Assembly: GCA_046160365.1 (NCBI GenBank)
Contig: JBJXGL010000207.1
Span: 1 to 60,342 of the forward strand
Reading direction: 5' to 3'
Origin: Aestuariivirga sp.
Lineage (GTDB): Bacteria; Pseudomonadota; Alphaproteobacteria; Rhizobiales; Aestuariivirgaceae
Length of the DNA: 60,342 nt
Shown: one piece after another, positions 8,147 to 17,492 of the stretch
Layout of the letters: each line of letters opens with the position of its first letter
How positions within the stretch are numbered: position 1 is the stretch's first letter
Notes under the pieces: model-generated
Told to the model about the DNA's origin: nothing
What the model saw: the letters and a program-made list of their open reading frames with translations, nothing else
Databases searched by the model: none
Translations under genes and position numbers: made by a program

Positions 8147-9536
8147 TGTCGATAGCTTCTGAAGTTGTCCGGTTTAGGTAGCTAACGAGTTGACCGCTTG
8201 TTGTTTGATTTTTGGGCTGTGGACAACTGTGGATAACGTCGCACAGCTGTCTGCCTCTCCCTCGCCTGGCGCAAGCGGCTGACGCTTTGGCTCGGGAATT
8301 CCGGTTGATGCGGCGGGTGCTCTGGCGACGCAGAGCGGCCCGTGGAAGATGGCGATGTCGCCGGTGTGGTAGTGATGGACGCGCACCTTGGCGCGCACGA
8401 AATGCGGCCTTGCGGCATTGGCTTCGATCTGCAGGCGCTTGCCGTTCCATGACACGGTGTTGTCGGCAGCGACGATGCGCTCCTCCTGGACGCAGAGGAC
8501 ATCGCGCCACTGCGCCTGGGGCACGGCAACATAGGCCGATCCTTCGCCCGAGGGCTTGACCGCGAAGCGGGCGTTGTGAGCGGCGATGTATGTGTCCTTG
8601 AGAAACCGGTTGGCGTCCGCGACGGTTGTGATGGCGTTGAGTTTGAGCTCCTTCGGCAGCCTGTCCTGAAGGGTGCCGAACATGCGCTCGGAACGGCCGC
8701 GGGCTTCCGGCGAATAGGCCGCGATGTGCTCGACGCCGAGCTGAGCGAGAGCCCGGCCGACCTGGGTGAGGTCCTCCTTCGAGACCTTGCCGCCGCCTTC
8801 GGGGGTGAGGAAGTAGTGGCTGCCCCGGTCGGTATAAAGCGAGCAGAACAGGCCCTTGACGGAGATCATCTCGGCGAGGCCGCGGAAACTCGACATGGTG
8901 CCTTCCTCCTCCACCAGGAAGGCCGAGGTGATCTCGCTCGTCGCATCGTCCATGGTCACCACCAGGTCGAGCGGCCCCAGGCCTTCGATCCAGATATGCC
9001 GCGAGGCGTCCTGATGCAGCATCATGCCGGGCAGAGGCCTCCTCTCGCGCTTGCTGCGGTGGGCGCCGCGGCGCTTGGCCTTGGACACCAGCCCGCTGCT
9101 TTGCAGAAAGCCCTTCACAAAGCTGTAGCCCCTCAGGCTGCCATGGTCCTTTTGCAGATGCTCGTGGAAATGCTTCACCGTGAAGCCCTGGTAGCGTTCG
9201 CGGTAAAGCCTCGCGATCTCCCCGGCCTCGGCGTCAGGCACCGCGCGGCCCGACACCCGCCCCGCACGACGGTCGATCAGACCGTCCTCGCCATCGGCCT
9301 CAAAACGCCGCGCATAGCGCCGGAAAGTCCGCTCGCTCACGCCCAAAATCTCCGCCGCCTCCATCTGGCTCAAGCGCCCATGAGTCCACTTCGAAAGAAT
9401 ATCCAGATACTGTTGCATTCTCAGTCCCTGTAGCTGTCGAACCGTACGGCCCATCCGACCCTCCCTGTGGATAAGGCCCGACTAAACCGGACAGTTCACG
9501 CGCTACCTAGACCGGACAATTGATGGGCTCTCGACA
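8147..9536 (-). mobile_element. Insertion sequence, IS1202/ISNCY-type, with a long target duplication
   Basis: Ends TGTCGA...TCGACA, imperfect IRs with subterminal TGTCCGGT(T/C)TAG repeats; 16-bp direct repeat CAGTCTGAGTGGGCGT at 8131-8146 and 9537-9552. Confidence 0.92.
8174..9454 (-). CDS. DDE transposase (IS1202/ISNCY-type)
   Basis: N-terminal HTH; HQDAS, MDDATS, YTDRGS and SPEARGRSERMFGTLQDRL motifs. Confidence 0.95.
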   Translation of the reverse strand: MGRTVRQLQGLRMQQYLDILSKWTHGRLSQMEAAEILGVSERTFRRYARRFEADGEDGLIDRRAGRVSGRAVPDAEAGEIARLYRERYQGFTVKHFHEHLQKDHGSLRGYSFVKGFLQSSGLVSKAKRRGAHRSKRERRPLPGMMLHQDASRHIWIEGLGPLDLVVTMDDATSEITSAFLVEEEGTMSSFRGLAEMISVKGLFCSLYTDRGSHYFLTPEGGGKVSKEDLTQVGRALAQLGVEHIAAYSPEARGRSERMFGTLQDRLPKELKLNAITTVADANRFLKDTYIAAHNARFAVKPSGEGSAYVAVPQAQWRDVLCVQEERIVAADNTVSWNGKRLQIEANAARPHFVRAKVRVHHYHTGDIAIFHGPLCVARAPAASTGIPEPKRQPLAPGEGEADSCATLSTVVHSPKIKQQAVNSLAT

Positions 9537-9607
9537 CAGTCTGAGTGGGCGTTTGAGGTAATCTGGATTCTACATTATCTTAAAAGTAGATATTTCTTGG
9601 AGCGCCG

Positions 9608-10030
9608 TTGGCTTTGGCCGCCAATCCGAACAGATCGATCAGCGGAATGCAGCTTGTGTTCTCCGCAACTGGGGAGATGGATCAAGACGACGTTGGCCGA
9701 TGCAAATATGAACTGCGGCTGCTGGACCCAGCGGGCGCCACGGCGATGCGCCTCACTCTCCCGGCCGAATTCGTGGAGCCCGTGGTCTTATCTCGAGCTA
9801 AGTTGTTTGTCTCGATGACGCCAGATGGCGCCGTTGCTGCATGCGCCGACGCTAACGCAGATGAGTCGCTCGCAAAACCGACCGCCATCGATGAACTGGT
9901 GGAGAACGGCATCACCCCCCAAATGCTTGAGGACGAGCCTGACTCTGTTCGAATGCTTCAGAAGCTGCGGGATAGACTTATGGTGGCTTTGAAATCGGTC
10001 GAAGCCACACTGAAGGACATGCCGGAGTAG
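9608..10030 (+). CDS. Hypothetical protein
   Basis: 140-aa ORF filling the gap with a protein-like composition; start uncertain. Confidence 0.5.
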   Translation: MALAANPNRSISGMQLVFSATGEMDQDDVGRCKYELRLLDPAGATAMRLTLPAEFVEPVVLSRAKLFVSMTPDGAVAACADANADESLAKPTAIDELVENGITPQMLEDEPDSVRMLQKLRDRLMVALKSVEATLKDMPE

Positions 10031-10053
10031 CTGTCTAGCGTATCAGTTTCCCA

Positions 10054-10314
10054 TCATCTCCTTCGCCAAACAAAGTTGAGCTTGTCGCCGTCCTGGAACA
10101 GCGCGCCGCGGAGCGGCTCGGAGAACATGGGATCGTCGATCATGGCGCTCAGATACTCACGTGGTTCAGCTTCATGGGTCTTTGCTCGCCAGGCGGCGCC
10201 GACCTCCTGCATCCCGAACAGGAAGCGGAAGTCCGGCGCGTCGTCACGCGGCTTGTTGTCGACCGCCACTATGCGGAGCTTGGCGTGGATGGTGAGCGTC
10301 CGGATAGTTCCGAC
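10054..10314 (-). pseudogene. 5'-truncated DUF736-family gene
   Basis: GTIRTLT...APDFR...EVGAAW...YLS..IDDP.F pattern; the frame is cut at the IS3 remnant end (10315). Confidence 0.8.
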
Positions 10315-10716
10315 TGTCCATTGCCAGATAAATTGGGACAGAAGGCAGCCTGACCGAATGGAGGCTTTGGCGCATCTTGGGTTTCATGTTAGGCGGCTTG
10401 CTTGCGGTGAAGCAAGCGTCTGATTTTGAATGTCTGGTGTTTGATCCATTCTCGTTCAAGTAAGATGGTTTGGCCACGACCGAAGTAGACATCAGCGGGC
10501 GTCAGGTTGGTGATGCTTTCGTGATAGCGGAGATGATTGTAGTGGCTGACAAAGTCAGCAATGTTCTGTTCGAGGTCGCCTGTTCGGACGACGTCACTTG
10601 TGTTTCGGATTTCTGTCTCATCTTCCTTCTCCATACGACTACGATGAGCCAGAAATCCTCCGTTCTTCAAGTCATGCAATCTGTCCAATTGGTGCCGATG
10701 TCAGACAGGTTGGACA
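10315..10716 (-). mobile_element. Internally deleted IS3-like element (~400 bp)
   Basis: Ends TGTCCA...TGGACA; orfA start MRQKSETQVTSSEQ abuts the integrase-core C-terminus HYNHLRYHESITNLTPADVYFGR. Confidence 0.8.
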
Positions 10717-10755
10717 CCGCGAACGATAATCTCCAACCCTCCCCGCCGCCCCGAA

Positions 10756-11928
10756 CTATGGGCCAAGCCCCATTGTCGCGAGCAGCGCCCGGTTGACCGC
10801 GTGAACGTCGAACTTTGCAACCGCTAGCTCGTAGGAGCGCACGCCCATCTCGTCGATCAACCGCGGCTGGCGGATGAAACGTTCCATCGCCGCAGCCAAT
10901 GCCCCGCTGTCGCGCGCCGGGATGAGAAATCCGTTCTTGCCCTCGATGACGGTCTCGCGGCAACCGGGAGCATCGGTTGTTATCACGGCGCGGCCCGTTG
11001 CCAGGGCCTCGAGAATGCTGCGCGGAATGCCCTCACGATAGTACGAGGGTAGCACGAAGACGCTGCATGCGGCCAAAAACGGGCGCACGTCATTAGTTTC
11101 GCCGAGATACTCTATCGCGGCCATGGCGGCGAGATCGGCGTGGCTGACCGACGAGGAATGGGGTTCCAACGGGCCAAGCAACTGGAAGCGAACCTTGGGA
11201 TGCTTGGCGCGAAGCTGTCGGGCGGCCTCGGCGTACTCGAAGATTCCCTTATCGCGCAGGAGCCTGGCGATGAGCAGAAATTTTATCTCGCCTGAATCGG
11301 GCCCGCTGCGGGGGTAGTGATCGAGATCGACGCCCGAGCCGGCGACGCCAGTGATGATGCTATTATCGGCGAGCATCCGGTGTTTCCGGATGTCCTCGTC
11401 ATCGGCATCGTTATAGACGAAGACGCCGCGGACCCCTTTCAACGCCCGGCGGTAAAGCGCCACGCTCACGGCCCTCACCAAAGCGCCGCGCCATTTCGGA
11501 TGGGGGTCGGCAAAAATATGGCCCATGCCGGTGAACAGCGCGAACCGCCTCTCCACGCCCGCGAGCCTCGCGGCAAGGCAACCGTAGATGATGGGTTTCA
11601 TCGTGTAGGGCAGAACGAGGGTTGGCCTTGATGCCCGGAAACCGCGATAGAGGGCAAACAGCGTCCGCAAATCGGCGATCGGATTAAGCCCCGTCCGGGC
11701 CATCGGAATCCGCACGAATTGGACGCCGATCTCCCGCAACTTTTCGATCGTCTCGCGATCGTCCTCCGGCGCGAAGGCCGTCACCTGATGGCCCGCATCG
11801 GTCATGGCTTTCAGAAGTTGATAGCGGAAATTGGTAAGCGAGCGGGTCAGGCTCGCCACGACGGCTATGCGTTGCGGCGGAAGCCCAGCGCCGCCGGGCC
11901 CGCCCGCCTTGGCAGCATCATCCCGCAT
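10756..11928 (-). CDS. GT4 glycosyltransferase (CapM/WbpU-like)
   Basis: YTMKPIIYG, ARLLRDKGIFEY, VLPSYYREGIPRSILEA motifs. Confidence 0.93.
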   Translation of the reverse strand: MRDDAAKAGGPGGAGLPPQRIAVVASLTRSLTNFRYQLLKAMTDAGHQVTAFAPEDDRETIEKLREIGVQFVRIPMARTGLNPIADLRTLFALYRGFRASRPTLVLPYTMKPIIYGCLAARLAGVERRFALFTGMGHIFADPHPKWRGALVRAVSVALYRRALKGVRGVFVYNDADDEDIRKHRMLADNSIITGVAGSGVDLDHYPRSGPDSGEIKFLLIARLLRDKGIFEYAEAARQLRAKHPKVRFQLLGPLEPHSSSVSHADLAAMAAIEYLGETNDVRPFLAACSVFVLPSYYREGIPRSILEALATGRAVITTDAPGCRETVIEGKNGFLIPARDSGALAAAMERFIRQPRLIDEMGVRSYELAVAKFDVHAVNRALLATMGLGP

Positions 11929-12766
11929 GGCGCAGCACCATGTCTTCGATCTCCGAACCGCCGCCGACGCGGCCAAGAACCGCGAATTTTCCTCCGGCCC
12001 GGTATTCGAACAGGGTTCCGGCGTTGGCGCGCGCCCGATTGGTTCGGGTCACCAGCAGCATGGAACCGGGCCCCTTGAGATAGGACGCGATATTACCAAT
12101 AGCGCGGTCGAGGTCGGCGGTGGAGAAATAGTTGCTATTGAGAATGTTGGCGGCGCGCACGAAGTCGAACGCCGAAGCAAGCTGGCCGGACCGCCGCAGG
12201 ATGTCGTCCTCGACCACCGTGATGTCATCCCGGTCATGCACCGTTCTGCCGATCATCTGAACGGGTTCGAACTTCCCGGCCTCGATCGACTCGCGCACGC
12301 GGCCAGCGAGTGCGTTGCGCAACAGGGCCCTGGGAATGAACTTCAGGGTCAGGTAGTCGAGGCGACGGTTCCAGGATCTGACCGCTTTTCCCAGTACTTC
12401 ATATTGCAGGGGCCAGCCGGAGGAATCTGTGAGCACGAACACGCCGGCGCGGGGTTCTACCAGTTTGGCGTTCACATAGAGATCGGTGGCGACGGTCTTG
12501 GCCGGGGAGCCGTGCCGGAGCAGGAAGTCCGCCAATTCGACGGTTGTCGTCCCAGTCGAAACGCCGACGTCCAGCGCATGACGTATGCGCGGGGCGCGCT
12601 CGCGGAAAATTTCCTGGAACGCGGCTTCGATTTCGGCGAAGCGCGTCGCCGCGGTCAATTTGAAGGTTCCGTTGCGCATCTTCAGACTGCCATAGAAGTC
12701 CTGTTCGACGCTGGCGTCGATCTGGCTGGCGGGAAGCGCGAAGTAGTCGCGTGCTGTCAATGTCAT
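11918..12766 (-). CDS. Putative SAM-dependent methyltransferase-like protein (CheR-like C-terminus)
   Basis: ALDVGVSTG motif-I-like segment; FDFVRAANILNSNYF...YLKGPG; start uncertain. Confidence 0.55.
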   Translation of the reverse strand: MTLTARDYFALPASQIDASVEQDFYGSLKMRNGTFKLTAATRFAEIEAAFQEIFRERAPRIRHALDVGVSTGTTTVELADFLLRHGSPAKTVATDLYVNAKLVEPRAGVFVLTDSSGWPLQYEVLGKAVRSWNRRLDYLTLKFIPRALLRNALAGRVRESIEAGKFEPVQMIGRTVHDRDDITVVEDDILRRSGQLASAFDFVRAANILNSNYFSTADLDRAIGNIASYLKGPGSMLLVTRTNRARANAGTLFEYRAGGKFAVLGRVGGGSEIEDMVLRHAG

Positions 12767-12806
12767 TTGTGTCAGTGTCCGTTTGGAGGCGCTTGCGGGG
12801 TCGCGG

Positions 12807-13898
12807 TCAGCCCGGCTGCGATCGAACGAAGTCATCGAACTGATGGGCGATACGGTCGATGCCGTAACTGGCCTCGGTGCGCGCTCTCGCTTGTCGGCAC
12901 ATCGCTTCATATTCCTCCGGCGGCAAATCCATAGCCTTGATCATGGCTCCTGCCAATGCGCGGGGATCGGCGGGCGGAACGACAAAACCGGCTGGCCCGA
13001 CGATGGCCGCGGCATCGCCGACATCGGTGGTGACGACGGGTTTGCCGTGGCTCATGGCCTCGGCGATGACGTTCGGAAATCCCTCGGTGCGGGACGAAAG
13101 CGCGAGAACGTCGATGCTTTCGTAGAACCGGCCCATGCCGCTGATCTCGCCGCAGAGATCGACGGCGTCCGGCGCGAGGCCAGCCGACTTGACTAGCGAA
13201 GCAACGCCCGCGTTCTGCGGATCAAGCCCATGCCCCGCCGCCCGGAACCGCGCATCCGGCCGCGCGCTCAAGGCGATGGCGGCCGCCTTGAAAAAGGTAT
13301 CGTGGTCCTTCTGTGGATGGAACCTTCCGGCGATTCCGAACACCCGCGGAGATTTGGCGACGATCTTTCTTGGCTCCGGCATGAAAAATCCGTTCGGAAT
13401 GACAACGGCGTTGCGATTGCGGTAGCCGAAGTCGCCATGGTGGATGAGGGCGCGCTTTGAGTTGTAGATCACACCCGCCGGCATGGCGGAAAGCGCGCGA
13501 CAGACCCACACGGCGAACCGGGTGCTGAACGACATGGACGAGGGATCGTCGAGAGACTGGCGCACGTTCCAGATGACCGGGGACACGCCGCCGGCGATCT
13601 TGCCGGCGACCGATCCGACAGCCATGGCGTGATACATCCAGCAGACCACCCTGGCCGGCTTCTCGCGGCGCATGATGGCGGCGACCTTGCGCGGCGCCAG
13701 CAGCATTCCCACGGCCGAACTCACCCCGAGAGAAACGAATTCGACCCGCGGGTTGGCGGCCAGCTCCATGTTGCGGGCGGACACTTCCATCAGGGACACA
13801 ACCAGAATCTTGTCGTCTTTCGACACACTGAGGAGTCGGCATAACATCCTCTCCGCTCCGGCATTGCCGGCGAGATTGGTGATGAAATGCATGATCAT
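12807..13898 (-). CDS. GT4 glycosyltransferase (WbnK-like)
   Basis: GAERML, CWMYHA, GRFHPQKD, SSRTEGFPNVIAEAM motifs. Confidence 0.93.
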   Translation of the reverse strand: MIMHFITNLAGNAGAERMLCRLLSVSKDDKILVVSLMEVSARNMELAANPRVEFVSLGVSSAVGMLLAPRKVAAIMRREKPARVVCWMYHAMAVGSVAGKIAGGVSPVIWNVRQSLDDPSSMSFSTRFAVWVCRALSAMPAGVIYNSKRALIHHGDFGYRNRNAVVIPNGFFMPEPRKIVAKSPRVFGIAGRFHPQKDHDTFFKAAAIALSARPDARFRAAGHGLDPQNAGVASLVKSAGLAPDAVDLCGEISGMGRFYESIDVLALSSRTEGFPNVIAEAMSHGKPVVTTDVGDAAAIVGPAGFVVPPADPRALAGAMIKAMDLPPEEYEAMCRQARARTEASYGIDRIAHQFDDFVRSQPG

Positions 13899-14173
13899 TG
13901 GGGTATCGTGCCAAAAACGCTCTGTCGCCGGAGTTTGTCAGCAAATAACGTGCAAATCAAAGAGTTCCATCTGTGTTCCGGGCCGGGCCACAACGTTGAG
14001 AACAGATACTTGGCGGAAGGGCCGATCCACACCCAATTTCGCCCGTTTCGCGACGGGGTGCCCGTTAACACCATACGCGTCCAAAGGTTTGGTTTAGGGT
14101 CAGATTGCGATAAGGTCGTATTCTGGCCGGCGGTCGCACTGTCATAGCCGGGGAAGGACGCTGGAAGCCGCAC

Positions 14174-15457
14174 ATGCCGTTTCAATCATATCGCCTATCG
14201 GTCAAGGCCGGAGTAATTGCCGCCGTGTTGGCGGGGTTAAGCCTGCACATCGAAACCTCCACCGCGGAGACGACTTTGGCCGATTACCGGATCGCCGCGG
14301 GCGACGTTCTCGAGTTCGATTTTCTCGACGATCAGGAAATGCCGCGGCAACTTACAGTCGGCGGGAGCGGACAAGCACAAATTCCGCTTCTCGGCGCCAT
14401 AGCGGTCGCGGGTTCGACGATCGCCGAAGCGCATGACACCGTGCGCAAGGCCTTCATCGACAAGAAGATGCTCGTCGATCCGAAAATCGCGCTGACCGTC
14501 GGGTCCTATCGCCCGATATTCGTTCTGGGAGACATCCGGAATCCGGGCTCGTTTCCCTATCGGTTTCAGCTGACGGTGGAACAGGCGGTCGGCCTCGCAG
14601 GCGGGCTTGTCTCGTTTCAGTCCAGCGCCGAAGACCGCATCATGCTGCGCGCCCGGCTCGAGGGCGATTTGGCCACGCTGAGTTCCATGATCGCGCGCGA
14701 GGCATCCTGGGTGGCCCGCCTCGAGGCCCAACTCGACGGCCGGAATTCGGTCAGCCCGTCCGACCTGATGGAAGACGCCGCGCCGTTCCTGAAGCCGGAC
14801 CAAATCGCGACGTTCCTCGAGGTGGAAAACCGCATTCTGAAGGCGGAATTGACCGCCTACGAGTCGCAGACCTCGATCCTGTCCTCCAACATTTCGGAGA
14901 CGACGAAACAGCTCGCCCTCTTCGAGCAACTGCAGCAAAACCAGAAGAAGGCGATCCAGTTCACGAAGGACGAAGTGGACCGGGCGGTGAAACTGCGGAA
15001 GTCCGGCCTGAACACCGCGGCGGAAGTCGCCTCAATTCAAAGGCAATTCACTATCGACGAGGGAAGGTTCCTGCAGATTCTCGCCGACACGGCCGGCGCG
15101 CAGCGGCAAATTGCGGCGCTCAAGCAACAGCTCGCCGCCCTGGAAGACAACCGGAGGAGAGACGCCTTGATCGCCGTGCAGGAACGGACCGGCATGCTGA
15201 AGCAGCACTTCGCGCGCTACCGGTCGCTGGAAGAGCAGTTGGCTCTCGCGGCAAACTGGGCAACCGCCGAAGCCGACAGCGCGTTGAAATCGGTGATCAG
15301 CTTCACGATCCGTCAACGCCCCGGCGAAAGCGCGGGAGACATCGCCGCGACCGGCACCGCGGCGATTCTGCCGGGCGATGTGGTGATCGTCTCGGTCAAG
15401 AGCCCCGATCCAGCTCGCGCCGTCCAAAGCCAGGCCACCTCCAGCACCACCAACTGA
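14174..15457 (+). CDS. Polysaccharide export protein (Wza/ExoF-like)
   Basis: Signal peptide, YRIAAGDVL, IPLLGAI, YRPIFVLGDIRNPG SLBB region, coiled coil, ILPGDVV C-terminus. Confidence 0.9.
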   Translation: MPFQSYRLSVKAGVIAAVLAGLSLHIETSTAETTLADYRIAAGDVLEFDFLDDQEMPRQLTVGGSGQAQIPLLGAIAVAGSTIAEAHDTVRKAFIDKKMLVDPKIALTVGSYRPIFVLGDIRNPGSFPYRFQLTVEQAVGLAGGLVSFQSSAEDRIMLRARLEGDLATLSSMIAREASWVARLEAQLDGRNSVSPSDLMEDAAPFLKPDQIATFLEVENRILKAELTAYESQTSILSSNISETTKQLALFEQLQQNQKKAIQFTKDEVDRAVKLRKSGLNTAAEVASIQRQFTIDEGRFLQILADTAGAQRQIAALKQQLAALEDNRRRDALIAVQERTGMLKQHFARYRSLEEQLALAANWATAEADSALKSVISFTIRQRPGESAGDIAATGTAAILPGDVVIVSVKSPDPARAVQSQATSSTTN

Positions 15458-15470
15458 CGCGCCTTGCTCG

Positions 15471-17354
15471 TCAAGCGTCCGTGTACGCCCGTGACCGCTT
15501 GTCGTATTTGGCCGCGCCGCCCAGGCCAAAACGCGACTGGGCACGCGGGTCCACGCGGTTGATGACGGTGCCGAACAACGGGGCCTGATTGAGCCTGAGA
15601 CTCGAGGCCGCTTCCCACAACTCGTTCGCCGTCGTCTTGTCCCACGCGACCGTCATGATGACGCCGTCGATCATCGGCGCAAGCCAATTGGCGTCATCGA
15701 CGCTCAGAACCGGCGGCGTGTCGAACACGATCATGTCGAAATTGGCCCGGAGCTGCTTCGCAAGATGGGCCAGCCGCTCCGAATTGAGAAGCGAGCTCGG
15801 GCCGAACGGCCGCTGATTGAGGCCGATGACCTTGAGCAGCGGCAAGTCGGGGCTGGCCTGCACGATCGAATCGAGCTCGCATTCGCCGACCAGAAACTGC
15901 TCGAGCGTGAACTCCGAAGGCTGGAGACCCATGTTGCCGTAAATTTTGTAGTTGTGCAGGTCGAGGTCGACCAATGCCGTGCGGAGCCCGTCGGCCGCCG
16001 CCGTCGCTGCAAGCCCGATCGAAATCGCCGTCTTGCCCTCGGCCGGCAGGCACGAGGTGACCATGACGGCCTGCCGGACCTTGTCCGAATAGGGCAAGCG
16101 GCAGCCGAGATAAAGCATGCGCATCGCCTCGGAAAATCCGGATTGCGGGCTCTTGACGATCTCGCGCAACGGATTGAGCTTGGTGGCTTGGCGCACCGAC
16201 CGGAACATCGGCACATAGGCGAGGTTCGGCAGATTGAGAAGGCGCATGACTTGATCGCCGCTGCGAATGGCGGTCCGCATTCCTTCCATGACCAACAGCG
16301 CCAGAATGGAGAGGAGCGCCGAACCGAGGAACGCCGCGGACACGATGACCCTGGTCCGCGGATAGGCCGGTTCGGTTGGCACTTCGGCCGACGACACGAT
16401 GCGCGCGCTCGGCCGCTCGGCTTCGTTGTTGAGGTCCTCGGCGATGCCGGAGATTTCCGAGTCGATCATCTGCTTGACCGTCGCGATGCGGGCATCGACG
16501 GCCTGGATCTGCGGATGATTCAATCCGAACTGCGCGGTGAGTTCGGACCGGCTCTGCTGCAGCTTGACCTCTTCGTTGCGCAGCGCGGTGAGAAACGGCT
16601 GAGAACCCCTCTCCTTCAGGAATTGCATCGCCTTGTTTGCGAACTGGCGCTTCACTTCCATGGACACGACGAGATATTCGCTCGCCACCGTATCGGCGAG
16701 TTTCGCGGCCATTCTGGCGTTGCCGTCGGAAACGCTGATGTGCACCGCCAGACTTTCGCCTTCGCGGGAAACAGCCGCGTGAGAAATCAGCCGCGAGATC
16801 ACTTCATCGCGCTGCACGTCCTTGCCGACTATCGGTTGCTTTTCGTCAACTTTCTTCGCGGCGTCGCCACCGGTGACCACCCGCAGATACGATAACACTC
16901 GCAACAGGTTTTCCGAGACCGCGCCGAACACGTCGGCGCTGCCTTCGTCGCCGCCGCGCAAGTACTTGTTAAACGACGGATTGCCGATCAGCTCCAGATT
17001 GTCGGCCACGCGGCCCATCACCAGGCGCGAGACGATGATGTCCATTTCGGTCTCGGCCGCCGACCTGTCCCGGTCCTGGCTCTTGAGCTGCGCGTCGCTT
17101 TCGAAAGGCCGGCTGTCCTTGCGCTCGAGAACGACGGTGGAGACCGCCACGTAATATTTGGGCAAGTATCGCGTCACGAGCAACGCCAGAACCGCGCAGG
17201 CGAGTGCGATGCCAATGATCAGCTTCAAGTTCCGCCAAATGAAGCCCATCCCGTCGATCGCGCCGGTCGATTGCATCTGCTCGCGCTGCAGGGCCGCGAG
17301 TTCAGCGGCCGATAGCCTGCTGGAGCTTACGCGTATTTGTTCCATGACCGTCAT
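15471..17354 (-). CDS. Polysaccharide co-polymerase / BY-kinase (Wzc/ExoP-like)
   Basis: Two TM segments flanking a periplasmic domain; Walker A SCLPAEGKT, LVDLD and FDTPP motifs. Confidence 0.9.
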   Translation of the reverse strand: MTVMEQIRVSSSRLSAAELAALQREQMQSTGAIDGMGFIWRNLKLIIGIALACAVLALLVTRYLPKYYVAVSTVVLERKDSRPFESDAQLKSQDRDRSAAETEMDIIVSRLVMGRVADNLELIGNPSFNKYLRGGDEGSADVFGAVSENLLRVLSYLRVVTGGDAAKKVDEKQPIVGKDVQRDEVISRLISHAAVSREGESLAVHISVSDGNARMAAKLADTVASEYLVVSMEVKRQFANKAMQFLKERGSQPFLTALRNEEVKLQQSRSELTAQFGLNHPQIQAVDARIATVKQMIDSEISGIAEDLNNEAERPSARIVSSAEVPTEPAYPRTRVIVSAAFLGSALLSILALLVMEGMRTAIRSGDQVMRLLNLPNLAYVPMFRSVRQATKLNPLREIVKSPQSGFSEAMRMLYLGCRLPYSDKVRQAVMVTSCLPAEGKTAISIGLAATAAADGLRTALVDLDLHNYKIYGNMGLQPSEFTLEQFLVGECELDSIVQASPDLPLLKVIGLNQRPFGPSSLLNSERLAHLAKQLRANFDMIVFDTPPVLSVDDANWLAPMIDGVIMTVAWDKTTANELWEAASSLRLNQAPLFGTVINRVDPRAQSRFGLGGAAKYDKRSRAYTDA

Positions 17355-17492
17355 GTGTTCAGTCCATCACATTTCATGGGCAGCTTGCACAATACCAGCG
17401 GCAATAAAACGGCAAAAGAACTCATTCCGAAATCACTCACATTAATTAAGCTATTGATTTTCATAATAAATTTCCAACACAACATTACTGAC

